DNA of 64,000 nucleotides from Trichinella spiralis (lineage: Eukaryota): positions 8,974,849 to 9,038,848 of the forward strand of contig NW_003526943.1 of assembly GCF_000181795.1 (NCBI RefSeq), written 5' to 3'. The position numbers were made by a program, and so were the translations under genes. Positions 53,781 to 64,000 of this stretch are shown here, in pieces; position 1 is the stretch's first letter; each line of letters opens with the position of its first letter. The notes under the pieces are model-generated. The model was not told the origin of the DNA, did not search any database, and saw only the letters and a program-made list of their open reading frames with translations.

Positions 53781-55803
53781 CAGGATTTTATTTTTAACTG
53801 TCCTTAGTTATCTAGTATATATGTACACATTCTTACTGGGAATATAAACAATGCTTGTCAGCATTCATCAATTAAAATAGCTCCTACTGCACATATGCTG
53901 ACAGCTGCTGGTCAAGAAACAAAGAAAAGTACTAGTAAGTAAGATTTCGTAATAATCATTCCAATTCTACATATTTTTCAGTATTATTAATGTTATGCTT
54001 GCTTGCTTGATTCCAAGTCATGCATCGGATTGCATCTCAGTGAAACTTGGGTAAATTTGATTTTTATAATTTGATGCTCATTTTCTAAATATATATTTTT
54101 TTAATTTTAAAATAGCATGTAAAATGTGTTTTGGTGCTTTTTTGACAGTTTTAAATCCAATTTTTATTGCATAAAAAACCAATTGTGTGCAATAGAAAAT
54201 TAAATTTATTTAAACGATCATCGATTGAATATCAATTAATCAACTGATTGGATTTTATAAAATTTAATAAAAAATTGACAAAAAAAGTTTCTTTTTTATT
54301 TGTGCAAACTATTGATACTGATTGATCAAAAGATTGTTGCATTTTTTAATGGAAAACTTTTTTTGATTTATATATTACGCGCCCCAATAAGCTTTGCATT
54401 TGCATTTCTTTTTATAATTGCTAGCATATCTGTAGATAATTTTTTCTTTCTTCAGAAGCACAATTCTTCGTTTGTAATAATTTATAAGCAGACAGGAATA
54501 AAATTGCATAAAATCATTCTTTCACACCAACGTGTTTTTTGTTCAATTAATAATTTAAATTTATGAAAAAGTTCGAACAGTCTAATTTTAATAAAGCTTC
54601 TGAGTGTATGAACAAGTTTAGATTTCAGAGACTGCGGCATTTTAAAACGTTTAAGCAAATTATCTTAATAATAATAAAAATAAAAATGAATGCAGCCGAA
54701 ATATTTTCAGCATGCGTGCAATTAGTAAAATGAGTTGAAAATTTTATAGTGTAAATTTTATTCAAAATAAACAGATATTAAAAATAAATATTATTATTAA
54801 TAATTTGTAGCACAGTGTTTTTTAATTACTTTTATTATAATTTTACTTCAACTTTTCATCTTTGCATATTTGTTTAAAGTTATTACTTTATTAGATATAA
54901 GCAAAAATTTGAAGAAATGTTTCAAATACAATAAAATTTCCAATAATATTACTTGATTATTAGCAATCATGACATAACTGACGTCATAATTTAATAATGA
55001 TTTGTATTTCAATTCAGTTTTTCATTAAATTGTTGCATTTAATAATTTTCCATTAAAATTGCATTATTATTATTTTCGTTTCGCTCTACAGTTGCACATC
55101 TTTTGATTTTGTAAAATAAATACTCTATATTTTCTGATATCATTTTGTTGTTAAAAAAATAAAAATTTCTTTACTTTCTTGATACAAATAAGCAAATTAT
55201 ATTTTTGCAAATATTTTATTGATTTGTTTTAATTTTGATAATTAAAAATTGATATAAAAGAAATGTGTTTATTTTTATTTTTCAATCAGTGTACCATTTA
55301 ATCAATTTCAAAATATTGAGGGGTTTGTCTAAATACTTTAAGCCCAGTGTCAAAGCTGATTATCACAAATATGTCAATCATTGGAAGCGGCATTTTTACG
55401 TAAATAAAATTATAGACAACGCTAATTTTCAGATATTTAGATTTACGGACTAATTAGATGCGACTAGGCATGATGAATTGAACTGAACTCAACTGAGCTG
55501 TGTCAGTTGAAATTAAGACACACCAACGGGATACATTCGAAATATATTCATTTGCATATTTGCATTAAAAAATGAGAGTTATGAAGTGAAATTTTTTTTC
55601 TTTTTTCAATTGAGAGGAAAATTATTTGATATGTACTCGTGTGAATGGGTGCATGTGTGAAATGATTGCTTTGCACAGATGTGAACTGCTTATAGGAGGA
55701 TATTGAATACGGCCAAATTTTGTTCTTCAAGTCAATCAGACGGTTGGAATAGAAAATTGGAGATTGTGATCGATTCTTCACCACCAAGTGGATAGGGCCA
55801 ACC

Positions 55804-57271
55804 ATGAACTCCTCGAGGAAATTGTTCAATTTGAAACAGACCAGCTCGCCTTGCTCATTTTTGAATCTGAAGAACGAAAATTGCGCAAGTAGAAAAACAT
55901 CTCGTGTTTCGTCTGGAGAAAATGGCAAAGCTCAGAATAATTTTATTGAACGATTCGATATTGTTTTCGACAACGCAGATGTAGTTTATTTTGCCGGCCA
56001 AAAGCTGGCAGGAAAAATAGTGTTGGAATTGCTCGAAGCGACGAATGTGAATGAAATTTTGATCGAACTTCGCGGCAGTGCGAAAACATACTGGACCAAG
56101 CACAGCGGTGGTTCCAGGAAGCATTACCGGGATACGGAGCCGTATTTCTGTGAACAATTCAACACCAACTACACCAAACCCAACCGTCTCGGTGGCAAAG
56201 ATATTCCACTGGGCAAAGGCAAGCATGAAATACCATTCTTCTATCGATTGCCTGAAAATTTGCCTTCATCTTTCGAAGGGGACTTTGGTTATGCGAGGTA
56301 CATTGTATTTAATTAAGAGAACAAGTTGAATTTTAATTCTTTTTTTTGTAATGACAAAGTTTGAAAATTAGCATATTTGTGTGTGTCTTTTTAGATATAC
56401 TTGCAAAGCAACTATTGAACGTCCATGGGAATCAGATTTGATTTGCAAGAGAGCTTTCACGGTGGTTGGCGATGAAAATTTGCCAGAAGAGAAGAGTTGC
56501 TTGAATGAGATGAAAATTACCGAATCGGCATCCAGCTTGCGTTGCTGCCTCTTCTCACGTCGTGACCAAATACACGTGCGGATGAGTTTGCCGAAAACCT
56601 ACTTCGTTCCTGGTGAAGTGATTCGAACCTACTTGCAAATTACAAACGACAGTCGTCGTACGTTGAAAAATTGCCACCTCACAATTGTGCAGCACATCTG
56701 CTACAAAGCTAAAGATTTTTCTTGCAAAGAGCATCGCAAAAAGACCGACAAAGCTGTTTTATCCGAATCCCTTCCGGTAATTGGGAAACAACAGCAAGTG
56801 GAATGGATACGCCCATTGATCGTCCCGTCCATACCTCCGAAATTGACTCGTTGTACAATAATTGAAATTACATACAGTTGTAATTTGAAAATTGATTCTC
56901 ACGCTTTTACGCCAATCGCGTTCACTGTTGGCAGTATAACTCCGAAAAAATTGATGCGAAACAGTTTGACCAAAGCTGTTGAAAATGTTTCCACCAAATT
57001 GGCCGACACCAGTCAGACATTCCAAGCTTACGGTCGATGGGCAGACCAAATTGTATACAACGAAGCAATTATCGGCGAGGCACTTATTCAAGAAACGATC
57101 GACGCATTGCAATATTGCAATTCCATTTTCAAACCCAAATATCCATGTCTGCTTACATCTGCTGAACTAGCTGAAGACAATAATAATAATAATTCGTCGT
57201 CATTTTGCAAAAATTCGTCATCACTCAATGATAATTCTGTCGCTCAGCACGGCACTTTTGAAATTGTGTAA
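55804..57271 (+). CDS. Alpha-arrestin (arrestin-domain protein)
   Basis: Exons 55804-56297 and 56395-57271: VYFAGQKLAGKI, GKHEIPFFYRLPENLPSSFEGDFGYARYTCKATIERPW, LPKTYFVPGE, VPSIPP, C-terminal FKPKYP. Confidence 0.93.
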
Positions 57272-57958
57272 TTTTAATAAATGAAGTTGAACTGGAAATT
57301 GTAAATTTTGTTCAACTTGAATTTCTTTTTTAAAATTAACATTCAGCTTTCACCGTTCGCATTGCATCGGCACATACTATTGTAGCAATGATCACTTTAT
57401 CAATTGAATAATTAAATATTTTTGAAAACTTCTTCAAACATTTTTACTTTTATTTACAAAAATTGAAATTTGCTATTAATTTGCATAACTTTTCAATACT
57501 GAATACTGTAAATGTTGAAAAAGAAATTTTTTGGACAGTTTTTTAAATTGCTTAAGCAATATTCTTTATTAATATGCACTTATTTCAATTTATTTATGAA
57601 TAAAATTTTGAAATTTATCATTTTCTGTGTACAAAGAATGTAATATTGAATGTAATTTCTCATTTGAAAACTTTCTCAAAAACATGGACTGTAGTTATTC
57701 TTTCTTATCAAAACCGGAAAGCTTACCAATAAATAAGCAATAAATTAAACATTCACTGCACTGGTCTTGCTGTTTTATTAAAAAGCACACAATTTCCATT
57801 TACAATAGACTACAAATGCATTTTATTCGAAAAAAGTTTTACACAGCATGCAGTCAAGAACAAGTTTGTTGGAAACTAACCATAATTTTGACTTCATCTA
57901 ATATGCAAACGATTATTGAATAGCAAAAATTTATTTGAAATAAAATTTTCCATTAAAC

Positions 57959-59411
57959 ATGCTCTTGGATTTGATAAAAACATTTGCTTTCTTCAAATTA
58001 AGACAAGATGACAATTTTGTTGATCGTCTGAATTATTATTTTACTGCAACTTTTTTGATTGTCTTATCCTTGTTGGTAAGTTTTAAAATGTTTGGTGGAA
58101 AGCCAATTGAATGCTGGCTACCTGCGGAATATACAAAATCTTGGGAAGACTATTCAGGTAATTTTGTCTTGCTTTTTTGTATTTCAATTAATGCAAACTT
58201 ACAAATACGAACAAATGAAATTCAATTAGAAATGTTTTGTTGGGCTCAAAATACCTACTGGCTTCCTTACGAGATTGATTTGCCAAGCGATAGCATTGAA
58301 AAGCCTGTAATCAAAATTTCTTATTATCAATGGGTTCCGTTTTTTCTACTCATCGAAGCAATGATGTTCTACATGCCAAGTGTACTTTGGAAATCATTCA
58401 ACAATAAATCTGGCAATTTTCTTTATTTAATAATAAAATTTTATTTCATTTTATCATGATATAAATGGTTTCATTTTAGGTATTCATATTGGCGATCTCG
58501 TTTCAATGGCTTGTGATCCTGAAAATTTGAAATCTGAAGTTAGAACCAAAAATTTAAACAGCATAGCCGAGCATTTGATTTCCCAATTCTTTCATCAGTT
58601 TCACTCCACTTCAGGCCAACGAATTGCCATGCACACTGTGATGAAGTGCTTAAATATACGATATTTCGACTTCTACATTAGCACATTGTACATCGTTGTG
58701 AAACTGTTCTACGTACTAAATGCGGCATTGCAATTTTACTTGGTGAATTACTTTTTACAAACAGACAAATACAGCATTTATGGTTTGGGTGTTATTATGG
58801 ATTTGTTAAGTGGTAAAGAATGGGAAGAATCTGGCTATTTTCCAAGATCCGCCTTGTGCGATATGCAAATTCGTACTCTAGGAAATGTTCAAAAGCATAC
58901 TGTGCAATGCGTGCTAGTTATTAACATTTTTACAGAAAAGATATTCATTTTGCTTTGGATTTGGTATATGACCATTTGTTTTTTAAATTTGTTCAACTTT
59001 TGCACTTGGACATTTTTGACGTTGAGCGCAGAAAAACGATTCCACTTTGTGTTAAGAAATTTAGCTCTAGCCGATCCGTCATTCCGTATGCATTTCTATT
59101 CAAGCCAAGTTCGTGCCTTTGTCATGGATCATTTGAAACTGGATGGCGTATTCGTGTTGCGAATGTTGTCTCTTCATGCTGGTGCAATGTTCACTGCTGA
59201 ACTTGTGTTACAAATTTGGCGTATATTTCATCCCATTATTAGGGAAAAATCTACACTTATGCGTGAACAGTCAAGAACCACAGTTTTAAACAATTTCCAT
59301 AATCTTGATGATGACTTAACATTTTACGACATACACAATAAACAAATGCCTCAAGACGTTTGGCCAACCAGAATCAGCCAGAGACTTTTATCCGCTGAAG
59401 CTGCTGTGTGA
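57959..59411 (+). CDS. Innexin (gap junction protein)
   Basis: Exons 57959-58157, 58230-58412 and 58480-59411: DDNFVDRLNY, GKPIECW, CWAQNTY, signature YYQWVPF, FPRSALCD, QCVLVINIFTEKIF. Confidence 0.96.
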
Positions 59412-60126
59412 ATTACGTTTGAACTTTTTGATTCGTTCAATTTTATAGCATTCGCCAAAATAACCCATTATAAATGTTACAGTAAATAATTGGTAACACA
59501 AAATGAAACGGTGCAATATTTACACTTTGGCTTTAGTAAATTGTTCGTTTTCGACCTATTAAACGAACGATAACTTTCCAATTAACACATGTAAGCACGC
59601 AAGCATAGAAATATATTGGCAAACAAATTCTGCTTTTCATTGTCATTTTCCTTTCTTTATCTTCCATATTCTCACTTTCGCAGCGTAATTTTCGGTTGAC
59701 CTCAATTGTTCTATTGCCAGTTGTTGCATTTCATTTTTTTACTCAACTTGTGCTGAACTCTTGATCTGGCATAATGCACGCAGCATTCATAAAATACACA
59801 AGGCATCAGTAATTAAAATAACATTGCTATAGCAGCTGAAAATAAGACTCTTTTGTCGAAAAGTAATATTAAATTAAAGCGCTGATGCATGCAATAAGTA
59901 TTTTTGCATTGTCCTCTTTACATTAATACTTGATTGTCATATTTGCAACTGTAATTTCAATGATAGCCCCCAAAATTATTTGATCAGGTATGCATTTTTG
60001 TTGCCTTGTAAAAGCTATTAATTTGTTCCTTTGAATAAATATTAATAGAATTAATTTTTATCATTTAAATTATTGAAAGTAAAATTCAATAAGTATAGCC
60101 AATTTTTTTTCTTTTTTGCTTAGCAT

Positions 60127-63100
60127 ATGAAAATGTTCCCAGATGGTCACTTTGTTTTATTGAATTCTATTGTGGATAGTGCTGGATCAAGAGGAGGTGT
60201 GACTGCTGTTGCCTTTGATAGTGTTGAGGAGCTCCTTTGGACAGGAAATGCAGAGGTGAGTTGCTTTACTTAAAGTGTGGCTATTTATGATTCTGTATGA
60301 AGCTGCAATTTTATCAAAGAACTGACTTGCTCATTGAATCACTTTATACCTGTATATGTGTGTGTCTTGTTTTAATTATTTCTGTTTTCTTACACCATAT
60401 AGGGTCATGTAACGTCATATCATGGTCCCGCATTAACCAAGTACACATCCTTTCAAATGCTGGACGATGAGGTTCGTGCATTTTGGTTTTCCGATGCAGG
60501 AGTATTGGCACTTGGTCGAAATGCACTGAAGCTTTGTTCAAGACAAGGCATGCCGATCTTAAGTTATAAGTACTGCGTGCATTATTCGATATTATTTTTC
60601 CATATTTGTAATTTTGACTTTTTCAGTTTCCTTTTCGAAGATATGCAATTCGAATGCTTGGTCTTGAATCCATTGTTACAAAATGTCCTAGTTTTGGGTG
60701 GATTTCAGCCAACTGTAATTATGTTTGGCCTAGAAGTTGCTGAAATAGTATTATCAGTATGCCATTGTTTTATTTTTAATTATTTTTGTTTGTAATGTAA
60801 TTTTTCATTATTAGACTTTCATGAATGTAAGCTAAAAATGAAAGTATGCAATCTCTGATTTTGAATTTTCATAGCGCATTTTTGCACTGCATAAATTGGG
60901 AATTTCACAATCAGCCAGTCACAGATAATGTCTGAATGCAGCTTATATTGATGAAGTTTTAGTGATTTTGTAAAAGTTTTAGTAAAAATGCATGCAGAGC
61001 ATAGCATAGCAAAGTTGTAAGTGAATAAATTTAAATATGTGACAAAACCTTAAAATTAAACTTCAGAAACAAATGTTTTATGATGAATGAATAATGTTTA
61101 AACTGTAATGATTTTAGGCATTTTATCCTAAAAATTATATCGTGTAGATAATGTAATTTTTATTTATTTCGTTTTTTTTTAATTCTGAATAGCAGCATAA
61201 ATGCATTTATTCAATATTTTATGTTATGATTTGATTTTTCTTTTATTTTCTGCAAGGGAATATAATTTTTTATTTGTAGGTTGTGCTTGTTGAATCGGAT
61301 TGTGTTGTAATGAAAAGTACTGAAAAAATGTTGATCACTGGTCACTCGAATGGAAATGTAAGAAATAATTTTTTTTTGTTAAACATAATAATGATAATTA
61401 ATTTGTCAATATGTATCAGATGAAAAATATTAACGAAATGCAAAATTGATCGGATAGTATTTTGTATATGATTTTTTTTTGAATTAGAGATCCCTTATTT
61501 TTGCTTAGATGAATTTTCATGAATTTGCAGTTAGAATGAGCATTTTTCCACTGTGTTTGTTCGAATTCAAATGTTTGTTTATACATGTAAATTGAATAAT
61601 ACGTGAATAAAAAGAAAATAAAAATGAATGCATAGAAATAGAACGGAAAGTATATTTATAAAATTTAAACAATCGGCGATTTGATATTGTAGAATTGATC
61701 ATTTATAGTTTCAAATTTTTTTCAGATTTGTTTACGCAATCCGTTGAATTTCAGTTTGCTCCAAGAATTGAATGCACACAGTGGATCGTTGTCTGACTTT
61801 GTCATACGAGGTTCACATCTAGTTACTTGCGGATTTTCTCAGCGGTATAATTTTTTGCCAAGATAATTTGCATAATGATTAATTTTCTTTTTCGATTTAA
61901 GAGATGAAGATTATTCTTGCGATCCGTTTTTGGTACTTCACGATTTGAGAACAGTCAGTGCTATTGCACCTGTTAATGTAGTTGTACAGCCTTCGTTTTT
62001 GCGATTTATTCCATCTGATACGGACAGCGTTTTAGTGGTCGTTTCACAGGCAATTAATTTCAAATTTTCTATTTAAATTTTATGTTAATTTGTTTTCTTT
62101 TTGTTTTTGGTATAGTTTGGTGAATTTCAAGTAGTGAATATTGGAAGCGTCAGTGATGATTATATTTACAAGATAGAAACACAAGGAACTCATTGTACTG
62201 CAGTTGACGTATCCCCTTCTGGTCAAGTTATAGCGCTTGCCGATGAATCAGGTAGCATGTGAATTGTTTTTAAAGCAATATACAACTTGTTCTTACGGTA
62301 AAAGTAAAAATGTTACTGGCAATGGTAAAATTTCAAATTCTTTGAATGAATTTGGATAAGAGGAGAATGAGTTGGTAGTTTTTGTACTAAAATTTTAATT
62401 ATAGCCTCGGTTAAAAAAAGATACTATTCACTACTATAATGTCTGCATTACACAATTACAAATAAGTCGGAATAATAAGTAAAAAATTAATCATGTATTT
62501 ATCGTATCAAAGTATATTTGAAATGAATACATGTTTAATAATTTCATTTACAACTTTAAACAGAAAGCTATCGAAGTGTTATGTACAAGTGGTTTTGTTT
62601 TGTTTTTTGATGTTGTGCATTTGTCGTTGTTGTAGGTTGCTTGCATGTTTTCGTGAATCATGCAGAACCTGTATTTGTAGAAAACGCTCGTCCATTATTA
62701 ATGCCGGATCCAGTAAGTGATGATTATTTATTTTAATAGTTTCAATTGCTATTTAGTAGCATGTTTTACATTGTAATGGAAAAGTTGTCGAATTATATTA
62801 AAATTTCGCTTTTGTTTTTTATTTCTTTTTCATAATGCACTTGTGCAACGTATTGGCAATTCTTTTCGAAGATATGCAATTAATTAATAAATTGGTATAT
62901 TTTCTCAATGTTATTTTGTTGCAATATTGATTTGAAAAATTGGTTGTTTTCTTTTCCAAGTTGTATTAGGTATTATTTTTCATTACATTCGTTTGAATTT
63001 GTTACCAATAATACAGTATACTTGTTTGTTTTTCTTTTGTAGATGGATATTTCAATTCCAATAGGCTTTGATGACGTGGATACTCCGTTGTCGGCGGTTC

Positions 63101-63167
63101 CATTGCCAATGACTGGCGTTTCGTCACTTTCAGAATGGCCGGCTGAATTTTCGAAACGAACTTTCAG
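60127..63167 (+). CDS. PAN2: PAN2 deadenylase, N-terminal WD40 region; gene continues beyond the window
   Basis: Spliced translation gives [72 protein letters not shown] and SLSEWP, matching the PAN2 N-terminus. The UCH-like and exonuclease domains are not reached. Confidence 0.9.
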
Positions 63168-63414
63168 GCAAGTTGTTTTGTTGTTTTTTTTCAAATTAAT
63201 GATTCTCAGGTAAAAGGGTTTCGCTGTCTGTAGGGGATGTTGAAATTTCTTTGCATGAAAATAATTAAGTATGATGAAAAACGGAGAAGTAACAAGTGTG
63301 ATTATTGTAAAGGAAAAAAAATTTTTTTCCTATCAATCTAGCGAGCGATTGTAATTTATGATAGTAATTTGTTTATTGTACAAATCATCAAGTATCGAGT
63401 TGTTTTGTTGTTTG

Positions 63415-64000
63415 TCATGTTTTTTGTTGACTGTTTGTTGAACATCCGAGCAGTTTGTTGTTCTCTTCGACTTTGAACGCTGCGACGCGGTATGCGCTTG
63501 GCGTTGCACTGCTCAATGCCGTGTGGGTGGAGTTTTTGTGCAGTGAAAAGGAACCGCGATCTTGACGAGCCCTGCCCTTTCGAAACAGGCGCACGAGCTG
63601 GATTCGGAAATTTTTGCTCGACGCGCAGTAGATGATGAAATTGATCGCTTTTCCGATGCTGACCAGCACGTTACTGACTGTAGTGACCGTGTAGAACCAG
63701 AACGGGCGGTTGCGGGAACCGTTGATCGCGTCCCAGAGGTAGAGCACGGCCGAGGGCAGTTGGAACAGCAGAAACGCGGCAATGGTGATGGCCACTGTCA
63801 TCGCCACGCGCAGTTCCACCGCCTTGTGGTGTTGGTTGGTGCCCATCTGGGCTGCCTCTTTGCGGCTTTTGTTGAGCGAGTACAAGAGCAGCGAGTTGAA
63901 AACGATGAGCACGAACAGCGGGATGGTGATCGACAAATTTGGCACCAGCTTAAGCGAAAGCTTGACGTAATTTTCCAAAAACGGGTGCTCGGTGCGGTTG
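63415..64000 (-). CDS. Class A GPCR (peptide/FMRFamide-receptor-like), TM5-TM7 and C-tail; 5' part beyond window end
   Basis: IPLFVLIVFNSLLLYSL (TM5), VAMTVAITIAAFLLFQLP (TM6), SNVLVSIGKAINFIIYCASSKNFR (TM7 plus helix 8). Confidence 0.92.
   Translation of the reverse strand, partial: NRTEHPFLENYVKLSLKLVPNLSITIPLFVLIVFNSLLLYSLNKSRKEAAQMGTNQHHKAVELRVAMTVAITIAAFLLFQLPSAVLYLWDAINGSRNRPFWFYTVTTVSNVLVSIGKAINFIIYCASSKNFRIQLVRLFRKGRARQDRGSFSLHKNSTHTALSSATPSAYRVAAFKVEENNKLLGCSTNSQQKT

Noticed and set aside
55489..55510. TCAACTGA-GCTGTG-TCAGTTGA hairpin (IRE-like?)
   Set aside because: The loop is not CAGWGH on either strand, and an 8-bp stem can arise by chance.
1..64000. CRISPR arrays, tRNA/rRNA, spliced-leader RNA or snRNA genes, selenoprotein UGA/SECIS
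   Set aside because: None recognised by eye. The DNA is eukaryotic, and the only tRNA-related sequence is the retrotransposon PBS. A covariance-model search would be needed to exclude divergent ncRNAs.

Overview
Eukaryotic, AT-rich, intron-dense animal genomic DNA. It is most likely a nematode: it carries an innexin, lin-52, an MBD-less mbd-2 and a nematode-type calsequestrin, with ~45-100 nt introns and TTTxAG acceptors just upstream of ATGs. A clade I/Trichinella-like origin is my inference and is not proven. There are about 16 spliced genes. On the minus strand, in a run from 1 to 28.8 kb, lie a KMT2C/D-like PHD gene (partial), a KCC-type SLC12 transporter, a Mesh/SUSD2-like NIDO-AMOP-vWD-Sushi protein, THOC7, MBD2/3 and CYB5R4. 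These are followed by ISOC (+), MKK3/6 sek-1 (+), calsequestrin (-), an atypical eIF4E (+), lin-52 (-), a GALNT (-), an alpha-arrestin (+), an innexin (+), the 5' half of PAN2 (+), and a class A GPCR nested antisense in a PAN2 intron. Mobile DNA comprises a complete, apparently very young Mag-type Ty3/gypsy LTR retrotransposon (5319-9715) and a Tigger/pogo-like non-autonomous element in a sek-1 intron. The most notable observation is an eIF4E paralog that keeps its fold and partner-binding surface but has lost two key cap-binding residues (no W56 equivalent; E103 replaced by K). Exon boundaries were read by eye and are approximate unless stated.
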